A DNA stretch of 64,000 bases from positions 62,001-126,000 of the forward strand of contig NW_026250414.1 of assembly GCF_024521635.1 (NCBI RefSeq), read 5' to 3'. Source of the DNA: Tricharina praecox. Lineage: Eukaryota. The stretch's first letter is position 1, and each line of letters begins with the position of its first letter. Shown one piece after another: positions 22,894-36,967 of this stretch. A model generated the notes under the pieces. It saw only the letters and a program-made list of their open reading frames with translations, searched no databases and had not been told where the DNA came from. Both the position numbers and the translations under genes were made by a program.

Positions 22894-25800
22894 ATGTATC
22901 GAGGTGAGTACTCAAGTTGTCGCGAGGCTGGAAGGCCCCACCCCCCCACCCCCCCTCCTCACCCCCGCACGTCGCCCCCTTCGTTATCGTACTCCCTTTC
23001 GCTATTTTGCCGAGCATTTGCCCATCTACTTCCTTCACGTTTTACAGCGTACGAGTGCTATAATGTATACCGTCAGCCCCCGTCGCTTGTAAAGTGAGGC
23101 GAGTCTTCGTGCCGACCCGCTTCTCCTTTTCTTCTTCTTTCGAAGACTCTCATGACTGCCGCTCCGCTTGTTCTGCCTTGAACGGATGCTTGCAAATCGT
23201 TCCAGCTCTAGTCACTGATCATGAGTCAACAGCGAACCTTTACTTCCACCCGCACCCACATTATCCCAAGAACTCCACGGTCCCGGGAGCATATCCTTCC
23301 TCCGTCGTCAAGGGCCACAACAGTACCGAGTTCACTCGCACCATTCAGCTCACCGTAGACAAATCTTCGGCACCAATTGGTCGGAGTAGTAGGAACGAGG
23401 CCAAAGGACTCTTCGCGGCTGCCAACAACGGCTTCTTCGAGAGTCCCGTCATGAGCAGGGCGCACGCCGAGGTCCGTATGGTTTTGGAACCCCACCGCAA
23501 GGTTAGTTCAAACCTACCGTCTCCTTGGCGTTCAAACTTTTTGGACCAATTTATTATACTTTTCTGCTCCATCTATATGTGTAAAGACAACCTTGCTTTT
23601 TCATTCGTACTTTCTTTTCCCACTCATCGTTGCCCCTTGTACTGCTCAACTGCGGAGTTATCATCGATCTGCAAACTTGCTCTTTGTTTAACTCCTACCA
23701 CAGATCATCATCCAAGATACAAAATCGATGCACGGGACTTTCGTCAATGGGCTACAGCTCCACCCGAACGAGACCGCCGAACTTCAGCAGGGTACAGAGG
23801 TCACATTCGGAGCTGAGGTCACTAGAGGTGATGAGGTCTATCCTGCGAAGACCTTTCGCTGCGAAGTTGAGTGGGAACGTCTGAGGTACGTTTGCTTTCA
23901 CTCCTCGGGAATGTCGGACAATTACTCAAGTCTTAGCAGGTCACCCAGTCCTCGTCCTTCGGAGAACAAAACACGTGGTGGCTACGGAGTGACTACCCAG
24001 GAGTTGGAGTATGAGAGCAATGAGGAAGATGAAGAGGACGATGAGTTCGACGTGGAAGAGATGGACGAGCACTCGGAGGACGACGAGCACATGTCCGACA
24101 GTTCAGCCCGCGCCTCTTCCCCGGCAGCTTCTGTTCCCCAGTCACCACCTCGTGAAAGGTCGAAGGTCACTCCCGACAATATCACGGCGTATTTCCGTGG
24201 TGACGATCTTCCCGAGAGCCACGAGAGGTCTACCAAAGAATCTTTCAAGCATCTGCATGACGTGGTACGTGAGAGGTACGGTCTCAAAGCTAGGAAGCTC
24301 AGGGAGCTGATCGATCGTGAGTTCGAGGCGTCGGCGGAACTTGCCGAAAAAGACGACTGCCCTCCCCTGCGGACATCAACCATTCATAGCCTCGTGAATA
24401 ACACTCATACCGAGAGCACTAGCAAGTCAATCAGGGTTATTGATCTTGTTGAAGACGATGAAGATGCAGGCGCTGTCGAGGACATTGAGCCGGCTACCTT
24501 CCACTCTTCAAAGGCGTATACGGAGAAGTTTGACAGTCGGAGTCTCGGGTCGGTCGAAGTTGTCGAGAGTATGTCTGATGCTGAGGAAGACGAGGATGAG
24601 GAAGACGACGAGCAAATGCTTCCGGAATCAGATGACGATGATGATGATCATGTCTCTATGGATGAAGAGGAAGACGTTAAGATCAAGGATGATGAGATTA
24701 ATGCCTCCATCCAGGAATCCTCAATCGCCCCCGAGAATAAAACTATTTCCAAGATCACCGAAGATATCGCTACGTCCGAACCTTCATCGCCTCCCGATGT
24801 CATGAGTTCCAAAGCCCCGAATATGTGGCCAACCTCGGAACGTATGGGCTCGTTTATTCCAGTCCGTGAAGGTGAATTTGAGAATGATTCTGAGTTCCTA
24901 TCACAGCCCAATTCTCTAACCTTGATGAAATGCAGCCGTTTCTGTGCTTCCCCCCATTGGAAGGTTAGATAGCATCCCGCTCATCCAGCAACATCAACCC
25001 CCTCAGCAAGCACTAGTACCGCCCCCACCAGCTCCATTTCCACCAGCACCACAAGTTCCCGCCACACACGGACGCTGGGTTCCCAACAACCATATGGACA
25101 AACGCGAGTTCTTCGAATCGAGAGCAAAGAACTTCGCAAGGGTAAACGCAGAGCAACCCCACGCCATCGACTCGTTTTATATCCCTCAGTGGGCTGGCAT
25201 CGCCGATTTCTCCCAACCACACGATAAATCTGATATGATCAAGAATACTCCTCACATCTTGGGGTCTTTCTTGCATGATAAGCTCGCCGAAGAGATGGAA
25301 AAGGGCATCACTCAAGAAGCGACGGGCGCTAAATCCTCGGTCACTGCCGCCGCTGTCGACGACCTGGAGATGGACGAGGACTGCGATCTCGATGAAGAGT
25401 CGTCTCTCGAGATGGGAGATTTTTACGAAGCGAGCAGCGACGAGGAAGAGTACACAAAGGACGAGATCGACGAGATGTTTGGGGTCCCAAATACGCCAAC
25501 TAGGAAGGAAACCTCGAAGGGAATTAAAGCCGGTTACAGCAAGTTTTCGATCGAAGACATGATGAACCACGAGTCGCCGAAGGGAAAGGCCGGAACCCCG
25601 ACACCAACCCCGATCCCTGCGAGTCCGCCACGAAAGGAACGACCTAGATTTTCGTGTGGATACACAAGGAGGAAGAATGCATCCCCAGTTTCGGATATCC
25701 CCTACATCCTCAACAACACGCCTCCGCCTAGCCTTAAGCGCAAGCGTGCGAACACTGAAAGCTCCATGCCCGAAATCCCGCCGGCGCCAGTATTCGAGCA

Positions 25801-26080
25801 GACACTGCCCGATGCGCCCGAAGTTGGTGTGGGCAAGGTCGCCTATCCCTCGCTGTCGGCTGATCAGGGCGCAGTTGGGGAGGAGGTCGAGGCGGAGGTC
25901 GAGGCGGCGGCAGAGGTCGAGGCGGATGTGGCTGTGGAAGAGGTTGAGGAGCGTCCCTCGAAGAGAGTCAAGTCAGAGAGGCACGGTATGAGCTACACGG
26001 GCTTAGCGGCGGCCACCATGGCCGGATTTGTCATGGGAGGCGTTGGAATGTTTGCCGCGCTTGTCGCTTCCGCCCAGTAA
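22894..26080 (+). CDS. FHA-domain protein with acidic disordered body and C-terminal transmembrane helix
   Basis: FHA motifs IGRSS, SPVMSRAHA, DTKSMHGTFVNG across introns (~22904-23232, 23502-23703, ~23886-23939, ~24872-24936); hydrophobic C-terminus LAAATMAGFVMGGVGMFAALVASAQ. First exon inferred. Confidence 0.85.
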
Positions 26081-26961
26081 AAAAGGCAGCACAAGTACAA
26101 CGTTTTTGTGTGTCCAATACTCCAGTCATGTCGGGTTTCCTTCCATCTCCGCCGTTAATCATGCTATTTTTTCTTTCTGCTCGTCGTTTTTTCTTTCTTT
26201 CAATTTTTATTCTTTGTTCTGCCACTTACAGGTGTACATTTTTTATGGTCTGGCGCCCTGGGGAAGGTATTCGGAGGATGTGGGATGTTCTGGGTTCGGT
26301 TGATACGCCGTGGATGGAAGGCGTGGTTGGCAGGCTGGGGATTGGGCTAGGCTGGGTTGGGTTGGGTTAGGTTAGGATCGGGTTGGATGGTGATGGGTTT
26401 TGGTGCTCTATTTGCTTCCTGGGTCGTTGATGCGTGTTCTTTCTGATGGAATTTTGTTCTCTCGATTTTCTTCCCCATTGGCCACAATAGCTGTCTCATC
26501 ACTTTCTCTTTTTCTGTCACTTTCCCTCCTTGTCGTTCGCTTCCATCTCTCGATTTCCGCGTTCCCTGTTCTCACTTTACCGTCGAATACAGATGTTTTC
26601 TTTGTCAGAGAAATGTAAAATTCAATTGTTACTCGCGTCACTTGTCGGTGCGGCACTCAGCATCACATTCTCACGTTTGCCATGGCGCATTGCCGACATG
26701 GAGATCTCCGAGGATTCATTTGATCGGACGTTGCGCCGGCAAGATGCGTGCAGGGGTTGTTTATTGTCGTTGGTTGGTTGGGGGCGAACATATAATGACG
26801 TAGTTGCCCTGACACTCAATTGCTTGCTTGGATCGGGACTGTCACCCGACGAGGTCAACGACGACGAAAGCGGCGGCAAGTAGAGTACTTGACATATGAC
26901 AGTTCCATAACTCTCCCTCGCTCTCTTCCTTCTCCCAAACTCCAAACCAACAACCGCAGCT

Positions 26962-29900
26962 ATGCCGCATCCCCACCCTCGCGAAAAACGTCCAACGTTC
27001 GCTGCGCGCCGCTCTGCCCGCCAAACCTGGTCTCCCTCCGGTGCTGGCAGCTCCCGCCGCCCCGCACTCGACGCCAGCGCCCTCAGCTCGCTTTCCATCG
27101 CGCACCGAGAGTTCAACACGCAGGCACACGTCTCGCCGCGCGACGGGCGAGTCCACATCTCGCTCAATAAGGTCAGCGACGGGCCTTTATCAACGCTTCT
27201 CGGACAGCTCAATGAGCGGGAGCTGGCGGGCGTGGTCCGGGAGCAGAGGGAGAAGCAGCAGGGCGATATTCAGACGGCGCCGCCGAAGCTGAACATTGTC
27301 ATCATGGTTATTGGCAGTAGAGGCGACGTGCAGCCGTTCATTGCTATCGCGAAGACACTCAAGGATCAGTGGGGCCATAGGGTCCGCCTGGCCACCCATG
27401 GCGCGTTCAGGGAGTTTGTCACCGGGCATGGTGTGGAGTTTTTTGATGTCGGCGGTGACCCCAGTGAGCTTATGGCTTTTATGGTTAAGAATCCGGTATG
27501 TTGTTGGTGGCAAGATGGGTGGACGACCGGGTGGGCTGGCTGACGTGCGTGTGGATATAGGGATTGGTACCGGGAGTCGAGGCGATAAAACAGGGCGAGA
27601 TTGCCAAGCGACGGGAACAGATGTTCGAGATGTTCCACGGTTTCTGGCGAGCATGTGTCGAGCCCTCGGATAACTACCGACCACGGATGAGCTCGGAGAC
27701 AGCGCGGACCGTATCCACGTTTGATACCGGCCGCTCGTACGACGATGAGGACACCGATGTCGAGCCATTTATTGCAGATGCCATTATAGCGAATCCCCCG
27801 AGTTTCGCACATGTGCATTGTGCCGAGAAGCTGGGCGTCCCGCTGCATCTGATGTTCACGTTTCCGTATTCACCGACTCAGGAAATTCCTCATCCCCTCG
27901 CGTTCATACAGAATTCGAATCTGGGGAGCGAGTACACCAATGCGATTACATATCCGATGGTGGAGATGATGACGTGGCAAGGCTTGGGGGATCTCGTGAA
28001 TCGGTTTAGAAAGAAGACGCTGTGTTTGGAGCCTGTGGCGACGCTGTGGGCGCCGGGCATGATCTCGAGGTTGAAGGTGCCGTATACTTACATGTGGTCT
28101 CCGGCATTGATTCCGAAGCCTGCAGACTGGGGCGATCACATCGATATCACCGGCTTCGTGTTCCTCGACCAGACGAAAGATTACAAGCCGCCCGACGCAC
28201 TGCAAAAATTCCTCGATGCCGGCGATCCACCAATCTACATCGGCTTCGGATCCATCGTTGTTGACGATCCAGACGCATTGACAGCCACACTCTTCGAAGC
28301 AATCAAGTCCACTGGCGTGCGCGCACTGGTATCCAAAGGCTGGGGCGGGCTCGGTGCTGAGGATGTGCCCGAGAATGTGCACATGCTGGAGAACACTCCT
28401 CACGACTGGCTGTTTGCGCATGTATCGGCCGTGGTGCATCACGGCGGTGCGGGAACGACGGCAATAGGACTGTTCCATGGCAAGCCGACGATGGTGGTGC
28501 CGTTCTTTGGCGACCAGCAGTTCTGGGGCGCGATGATTCACAAAGCCGGTGCGGGACCGGAACCAGTGCCGCACAAGGAACTCACGGCGGAGAATCTGGC
28601 AGAGGGTATCAAGACTTTGCTGAGTGAGGAGTGTCAGAAGGCTGCCCAGGGGATCTCGAAGACCATCAAGGAGGACGATGGTGATGGTGCCGAGAACGCG
28701 GTCAGGAGCTTCTATAAGGGGCTTGATGAGTTGGATTCGAAGGGGAAGCGCGGACTGGGAGAGAGGGGGAAGGAGTATGGCGAAGGCGGGCCGATGGGAC
28801 CAGGTGAGGGCAAGTGGGGGACTGGTGGACCGGGGATTAGGTGTGATATCCTGCAAGAAAAAGTATCCGTTTGGAGGGTTAAGCACACAAAGATGAGGCT
28901 GAGCACGCTTGCTGCGAGTTGGTTGGTCGAAGAGGGATTGTTGCAATGGAAAGATCTGAGATTGTATTTCTCTCGTTTCTAACGGTTCGGTTCTTACATG
29001 CTAATTATGATGATAGACTGAGACATACGGAATGGAACGATTTCGATGGACCAGGTGAACCACTCTCCGGTGGCTTCTCGGCCTTCTTTGGATCCCTCGC
29101 AGGCGTGGCAAAAGGCGTAATTGGCGTTCCAAAAACCTTCATTAAAGGCGCCAAACGCATCGACGACGAAGTCGACATCAAAGAAGAACTCCGTCCCGCC
29201 ACCACACGCCGACGTTTCCGTGACCGTTTCCGCAAGCACAAGTCCCACGACGACGACTGGGCAACCACGCGATCCTCGTCCCCCGATCCCGACCACCCCG
29301 GCCACAAAAAACATCACAAACGCAGCATCCCCCGCGATGTCGCCCACGGCATCAAAAAGTCCGGCGGAAAGATCGTGCGCTCCTCCGTGCGCGCGCCGCT
29401 CGACGTCTCCCTCGCCGTAGCCCAAGGCTTCCACAACGCCCCGCGCCTCTACGGCGACGAAGTCCGGCGCCCCATGCGCATTACCGGCTTCCACTCCGGC
29501 ATGCGTGCGGCCGGCAAGGAGCTCGCCCTCGGCATCTACGACGGCTTCACCGGCCTCGTAACGCAGCCCTACCACGGCGCGAAGGAGGAGGGCGTCAAAG
29601 GCGCGCTCAAGGGTGCGGGCAAGGGCGTTGGCGGCCTGGTATTCAAAACGCAAGCCGGCTTCGCGGGCGTCATCGGCTTCTCTCTCAAGGGCATCCACCG
29701 CGAGGTGCGCAAAGGCCACGACCGCAAAGTCCTCGAGCGGATCATGCGCGCGCGCCGTCTGCAGGGCTCGCGCGAGCTCGCCACATTCCGGCGCGAGGCC
29801 GGCGCCGAGGCGGAAGAGGTCATGGTCGCCCGCATGCGCCAGGGCTGGCAGAAGGTCCTGGAGGAGCGTCGCCGGAATACGGAGCGCGAAACGACGCTGG

Positions 29901-30238
29901 GACGCGAACTGGCGGAGTTCAAGGCGAGACGCAGGGACAGGAAGCAGAAATCTACACCCGCTGCTCTGCCATCCGAGAATGAGGCGGCCAAGGAACACGG
30001 AGTTAAGGACTGTGATTTTGGCGTCGTCGAGGGCGATCAGTGCGCCCGCCTGCCGAGGCGGAAACTGGATGAGATTGCGGAGGAGAGAGGTGGGACGCCG
30101 GCGAACAGCATGCCGCAGCAGCAGCAGCAGGCAATCAATGGCAGCTCATCGAAGGCGGAGGAGGTGAATGCAGATGCAGAGGGCGCGAATGGGGCGGCGA
30201 ATTCCAGAGCGGTTGCGGAGAGGAGCTTTACGACTTGA
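26962..30238 (+). CDS. UDP-glucose:sterol glucosyltransferase-like protein (GT1)
   Basis: IGSRGDVQPF, HRVRLATH, IIANPPSFAH, IYIGFGSIV, VVHHGGAGTT, PFFGDQQFW; introns 27496-27560 and ~28964-29016; C-terminal GFHNAPRLYGD domain. Confidence 0.93.
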
Positions 30239-31013
30239 TTTACCTACCTAGGCGTTTTGTGCGATGATTTGATACCTACCTGCCTACATTGGCTGATGCG
30301 CTTTCTTGCTTTCTTGCTTTCTTGCTCTTTTGTTTGGTGATATGGGAGATACCTACGCTTTGTAATATAGTTTCCTAATTCTTGATTGTACTTGTACTTG
30401 TACGGTTTTACGAGTAGATGAATAGTTCTTGCTGGTGATGCTGGTGACCGATGGTTGGTGAGTTGATGGGTGACTGACTGCCTAGCAAAAATGGGGCAAT
30501 AGGGACCCGAGTTCCAACCATGATGAGCCATAAAGTATGGTGTATTGACGGCATCTCATCTCATATCATATCGTACTGCTCGGTCTTGAGGGGTGTTAGT
30601 GTTGTGGCACATCCCGACGGAAGCCGTAACCAAAAAAAAAACTGGCTCTGTCGGCTGGACAGTCTTGCATGCAAGGTCTTGAGCTTGAGCTTGAGCCTGA
30701 GCTTGAGCTTCAGCGTAGGTACGTATGTCAGGATAGTGTTTACTAGTAGACACTTCGTCAGCATCGGGGATACGTACATCACCGCGCAAGCCCCAATCTA
30801 CATCCCTTGTACTTAAACAGTATATAACAAAGTCTTTCTTACTCCAGCCTTCGAATCAGTTATCGTTATCGTCCGCCCTCAAGACCTTGGATGTATTGCA
30901 CACCCACCTCCTACCCACCGGCTGCTTTTTCCGGTCCAGTAAACTTGCGGATGGGCTTTGGTCACTCCACGAACGGCGACTTAGTGGGCTGCACCAATAA
31001 CTGATATACAAAA

Positions 31014-31085
31014 AGCAACATGGCGCAGCGGAAGCGCGCCGGGCTCATAACCCGGAGGTCCCTCGATCGAAACGAGGTGTTGCTA
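31014..31085 (+). tRNA. Initiator tRNA-Met(CAT)
   Basis: Identical to 20309-20380. Confidence 0.97.
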
Positions 31086-32717
31086 TTTACTTTTGCTCTT
31101 ATTTTGTTCTATCGGGGCTGGTTAGTGGTGGGATGGGGGTTAGTGTTTTGCATAGCGGCTGTTGGGAGTTGGAATTTGGAACTTGGGGTGACGCGGAATC
31201 GAGAAGGATCGCAACGGTGTAAAGTTTGTCACGTGGTGGGATCGGAAAGCATAGGTTGTAGCTTGTGACGGTGGTATTTTTGGTCGAGAGTGGTTGACCG
31301 TTGCACGCGGCGGTGGTGCGGCTGATGACACGGCTGGTGTCTGCTGGCGGCACATTACGGTCGGACTTTGAGTTTGACATCTTCCCCGCCGGGCCCATTC
31401 TTGTGGCATTCTCCTCTTCATCGCTACCGAGGTATCCTGCTCTCTCGCCAGGCGAGAGTACTCGTTCTTTGGGGGGCAAACCGGCGCATGAGGCTCGCCA
31501 CATACCGCATTCCACACCCGTAGGCTGAAAGACGACATCAATACGTGCTGCACAGGGGTGACTCTCTTCCCGTCACAGGTATGTAGCGTACGGCTGCCTA
31601 TATACCCCGCAATTCCATAGGGCTGAGTATCACATCGCCCATACGTATGCATCGCGGTGAGCGGATGCACCCGCTCGGAATCGACGAATGGCGCGGCCGC
31701 AGAGTCGGTAATTGTTCTACATACAAGGTGGGAACACGAAGTGTTTCATGGCGGTCATTGGTCGTCCTTTTCCCTGTGTGATGCAGTTGTTTCAGAAACT
31801 ATGCAGCAACAGCCAGGAGTGTGCGCGGGCGGTCTACCTAGTCGGTGAATTCTCCACGGAATGCTGCGGCCTGCAACAAGACGTCCGCTAGAGCTCCCGT
31901 ACGGATCGACCTGATTGGATTATTCAGCCTCGACCTCCACCACTGCCCGATCGCTGCCGCTGTTGCCTTGCCGGACTGTTTCGACTCGACCTAGGTCTTC
32001 GGGTTCAGCACTGAATCGGGAGTCATTTGAAAATTGAGACGCCTACATGTTGCCCGTAGGAAACCGGTGTCTGGTCACACACTTTCGTGATTGGCCTGGT
32101 GAAGCTCGCTGAACTCCGCTCAGCTAACCAAAGCTCTCCCGTTTTACTCTGCGTTTTCCGAGGGTGTGGATACACTGCCTAGATAGAAACAAAAGCGCAA
32201 GTCCCTCCCTACGCCATAGATCGCGAAGGACTCATGACACGTTCGAGCTCCACCATACCCCCCCAGAAATCCAGGTCCGGCGGTCGGCTGGAATCGCGTT
32301 TTGGTTTCAGCTGCTTCAACTCAGCTTTGCCGTGATGCTAGATGGAACGAACGCAGCTGGTCCTTCTTACGTAGCTGCCTGGATAGCAAAAGGAAGTTGG
32401 GGAATCCTTCAGGTCTGTCTCCCAGGATCCGGCGGTCTAGAGCTCCTGGCTCAGCTTCGGAATCGGTGGCGGTTCTGACAGAGATGCAACAGTTGATTCT
32501 TCGATTGCAGCTGCTGCTTGTTGCAACTGGCTGTAGGCAGAGAGGACGACATTCCTGAATGGACTGGCATTTCCATATAAGAGCATGATGTTTCCTTCCG
32601 CAAAGCCACACTCTTCATACCAACCTTCAGATCATCTACCTAGTCAGTCTTCCAGTTCACAAGCAAAAAATATCCGAGTCTCCTCCCTTCACTCGATCCA
32701 CCCAGAACATCTTCAAA

Positions 32718-33740
32718 ATGGCCGGCGAAATCCAACCCGGTGGCTCCATGGCAGCGGCTCACTCCCCCAGCGTTGGTCTCCGCGTTTTCATCCAGGACGA
32801 AGCTGGCTATGTCCGTCAGTCTCAATACGCGAACGGCAAGTGGGTGGGCGGCGACATCCAGAGCATCCTTTTCCGCGCGAAGCGTAACTCGCCGCTCGCA
32901 GCAGTTACTATTAACGATTCCGTAAGCCCCTCCCAACTACTCTACCGACCCCCTTCGGTGCTGACGCTGCATGCGCGCAAATCCGTATCTTCTACGTCGA
33001 CCGCTCCGACAATGTGCAAGAACACTGCATCGACAACGCCGGCGCCTCCTGGTACACGGGCATCTTCGGGGTGTCGAAGAAGGCGCCGCCAGCACCGAAC
33101 ACGCGGCTCGCCGTGAACGGCTGGACGACCGTGGGGGTCGCGGGCTTCCAGCTGCGCGTGTACTACCAGGCGCCCAACGGCGTAATCGTCGAGCACGGCT
33201 GGTGGGTCACGGTGTGGGCGCCGGGCTCGCCCATGCCGATCGCGCTCGCGGGCACCGCGCTCGCCACACCAGGCTTCCTCGGCGCGACGGCAACTCATCC
33301 AGTCCTCCGCCTGTACTATCAAGACGCCACCGGCTGGGCGCGGGAACACGTCTTCACGGATACGTGGCAGGACGGCGGCATGCTCTCGGCGGAGATGCCA
33401 CTGCGCGCCGCTCGCTGTCATCGGCTGGGGGAACAGCACGTACACTCACGTGTACTACCGCAGCTACTCGAACGAGCTCATAGAGCTGAGCCGTAACAAT
33501 AACACCTGGGCTGCTAGCGCGCCGCATATCACCGGCACTACGCCCACCTCCATGGTTTCCGCGGCTATCATTAATGGTCCCCAGCCGCAGCTGCAGGCGT
33601 TCTACCAGAGTACCCCCGACCAGCTCCAGGTGGTCGAGTGGATGTCTAGCCAGAGCAACTGGAAGTTGGGCCCGGTCGTGCCCACCGGAGATAAGAAAAT
33701 AGATGTAGGGGCGGCTGAGGCCTCCAGAGCTATGCTTTGA
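32718..33740 (+). pseudogene. Fungal fucose-specific lectin (AAL/FleA-type six-blade beta-propeller), disrupted as read
   Basis: Six blades (LRVFIQD, IRIFYVD, LRVYYQA, LRLYYQD, THVYYRS, LQAFYQS), each followed by E/Q...W; the intron from 32922 lacks an AG acceptor at 32980; frameshift near 33405. Confidence 0.8.
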
Positions 33741-35299
33741 TTTGGCGAGGAGGTTGGGGGTTGAGGATCCGTTGTCGAGGTTTGGCCTAAGTGTGGCGGT
33801 CGTGTGTTGAACATAACGAAATTGAAGTGATTAAATGGTGGAAAAGAGATCTAAGTGACTTGTTCCTGTCGTACTATCCTGCATCTGGAAGTAGACGCTC
33901 CATGAACCTTCAAGGACGCGGAAACACCCGTTGACCATGCTCCGATTTGCAAATAATCATGACTTCTCACTCGAGCATTGCACCAAAGACGGGCACATCT
34001 GTTTTGTATATATGGGCCATTCGAGGTTTCGCTACCACCCGCTAGAGTAGGCTCATGGTGTTCAAATAAAAAAGGACGGTCGGACGGACATCTCCAGAAC
34101 AAAAACTACGGTACCAGGGATTCCCGCATGGTCACCCACTGCAGTACTAACCTGGCGATACCATGCTTAACTAGGGCTGAGCGGACGGGAAGCCGTGTGT
34201 TCATGGTTCTATGACCGTAGCTATTGAAGTTTCTGCATATGGCAATATGTCTCATGCAGTGCGAGTAATTCTCGACCATCCATTGGTAATCCGGGCCGAT
34301 CCGCCCGAAAACTGGGGGGTTCTGGCTGCCTATGTAAACTAGGAGTAATCGGGCGCAGGGCTGTATGGCCGACCTTAAGGGGATGCTGGCTCGTGACAGA
34401 ACCGGTTCTAGTCGTTCTCGGCGAGGCGAACAGTTCATCGGCGTGCGGTGACGAGCATTTCCCGTCTTGCCGTTGTCTTCTCGGCAATGCGCTATCGACA
34501 TTGACGCCAGTCCCAGAAGATGCGCCAACTTCATACGATTTATATACTCTACATATGCACGTGCGGAGGTTTTAAGTTCAGCATGTATTATCCGCTAGCG
34601 AAAGCTTATCCCAATGTACCGGCACCCGATGGTAATCCGCTGGTTGTACGACCGTACATAGACAGCGTGGAAAGCTGGGTACATATATAGAAAGTCCTAA
34701 ACGTTGGTGCATGGCGGGGTCTACTAGGTAGCAGATCACTGTACCCCACTCTATACCGCGGCAGCGGAGACGATATATAGTGCAAACGACTGGTCGGCGG
34801 TATATAGTACACAGCCCCTCGCTTATGTAGTGCACGAAAACCGCCACGTAGCAGCATGCTTGTTGGGTTCGCCGAGATCCGTGCCAATTCCGGTAAATAT
34901 GTCACGACCCTCTGTGCGACCTTTCAGGTTGGCGAAGCTTTCGACTAGATAGATTCCAAACCGCTTGTCCCGGGTTTCGCACGGAAGTTCTTTTTCGCGG
35001 ACAGTACACATTTGGCCAACCGAGTCGGATGGCTGGACGTTCGGGTTAGACGGTGCGTGGTAGAGAACCAACGAACGTGGATGGGAAATCGTGTGCTGTG
35101 TGGATGCTTCGCGTCAGTTTGCGATCCGCCCGTGGGCTACAACAGTCTCGGATACTATGTATTCCCCCAGTGGCTGTGTATGGGTTTGGGTGGTGTCGCC
35201 TTCTGCGGCTGTTGGTTCGATTATGCACAATTTACTATGTATCTGCTGTCTCGGCTTCTTGTCAGTCATAGATGCTAATGAGTAATCATTTCACAATAT

Positions 35300-35381
35300 G
35301 GGGGTCTGGTTTAGGGGTATAACGTCTCATTCGCATAATCGTGACTTGAGAAGGTCTTGGGTTCGATTCCCAAGTCCTCCA
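35300..35381 (+). tRNA. tRNA-Ala(CGC) with 10-nt intron
   Basis: GGGGGTC/GTCCTCC acceptor with the G3:U70 alanine determinant; TCTCA-TTCGCA..T-TGAGA anticodon arm; TTGGGTTCGATTCCCAA T arm. Confidence 0.93.
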
Positions 35382-35676
35382 GCTTTTGCATTTTGTTCGA
35401 GAGTCACTTCGTCAGTAGCAGCTTCCATCCAGCTCGAATTACAGGACTCGTAGAGTGGGCATCTGAGTTGAGTCATCACATACTCGTTCGCAGAGCGTGT
35501 GGTGTGAACTTTGAAGGGACTAGATGCCGGGTATCAGGTGCGGTAACTTCGGTGCTTACGAGTTTTTTCCGGGATCAACAAAAATACACCACAGCTTCAA
35601 TTACCCCCGAAATAAGTCTTTAGAACTCGTTTGTAATCATACCTCTATCTCAAAACCTCTACGCCATTACATATAA

Positions 35677-36967
35677 TTATACCGTCACGTTCGCCTGCGC
35701 CTTTCCCTCCTGCTTCTCCAGCTTCAACAACGACTCGACGGTGTCGACCATAGAGGTCTCCAGCGATTTGTATGCCAGCTGCAGCTCGAGCACCGACTTC
35801 GAGCCGTCAACGTTGTAGTGGGGTGGGACCTCGTCCGCCTCCTTAGGGTCGGGGGTGAGGCCAGCCTCCACCAGGTGAGGGAACCGCCTGGCGATGATCT
35901 CGCAGATCTCCTTGTACGAGAACACTCCCGGGGTGGTGAGGAAGCGGTCCTCCACGCCGTTGGGCTTGGGAGCAGCCTCGAGGGCGCGAACGTGCGCCAT
36001 AGCCACGTCGCGCACGTCCACCCACGCGTAGAACAGCGTGTTCGGCACCTTCTTTTCGCTGCCGTTCATGAGACGGTAGATGTCGGCGGTGCTGGTGTTG
36101 AGCGCGGAGAGGCTCATTGTTTCGGTGTCGACGGGGCCGTACACCATGGGTGGGCAGATGGTCGCCAGCGAGAAGTTGCCGTGCGACGGGTCCTTGACGA
36201 AGTTCCACGCAGCCTTCTCTGCCAGAGACTTGGAGGCGCAGTAGGCAAATGCACCGTCGGCGAACGCGGCCTCGTCGTAGGTCACCGGGTTCCAGTCGCG
36301 CTCGGTGTAGGTGTGACCAACCCAGTCACCCTTCGAGAGGTCGAGCACAGAGGCGAAAGAGGAGGTGACGACAACGCGGGATACGTCGGGGTTGTATGTC
36401 TTGATGGAATTGAGGATGTTGAGTGTTCCCTGGATCGCGGGCTCCAGAAGTGTCTTGCGGTTGTCGCCGGTGTTTTCCATCACGAATGGTGATGCAGTGT
36501 GGATAACCTGTGTTGTAGGGTTAGGGAAGTGTGTTCTTCAAATCGGAAGGAGCGTGGACATACTCCCGTGACTCCCTTGACCGCTTCGTCGAAGGCTCCT
36601 GTCTCCGCAATATCCTTGACGATCACGAAATCGAGAGCCGATGCGTATTGCCGGTACAGACTCCGGATCTTGGTGGCCTTCTCGTTTGAACGTACGGTGC
36701 ATTTTACTTTGTAACCGGCCTTCAAAAGGGCAACCAGAACATGTCCGGCAACGAAGCCAGATGCTCCTGCAATTCCACCGCGGTGTCAACACACCGATCC
36801 AACTGACGCAAAGAGGAGAGGCCTGCAATACCTGTAAGGAGGATCCAGTCGTTCTTAGTGATCTTTGACTTGGCAACGCCTGCGCTTTGCTGTTGCGGCT
36901 TCGAATCGGTCTGGGACCCGGTAAGGGCGCCGACGGTGTCGCGGACGGCTTTGGTGACGGTCTCCAT
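35677..36967 (-). CDS. NAD(P)-dependent extended SDR, Gre2/aldehyde reductase II-like
   Basis: After splicing: ILLTGASGFVAGHV, VIHTASPF, VVTSS, YCASK (YxxxK), WVDVRDVAMAH; two introns near 36768-36831 and 36508-36563. Confidence 0.93.

Noticed and set aside
27870-29998. Long antisense ORFs (358 and 334 aa)
   Set aside because: Shadows of the GC-rich glucosyltransferase coding strand.
32978-32980. A-to-I editing creating the lectin AG acceptor
   Set aside because: It would not fix the second lesion; a single-base error or mutation is simpler.
34106-34534. 142-aa ORF with a signal-peptide-like start
   Set aside because: No domain or splice support; composition compatible with non-coding DNA.
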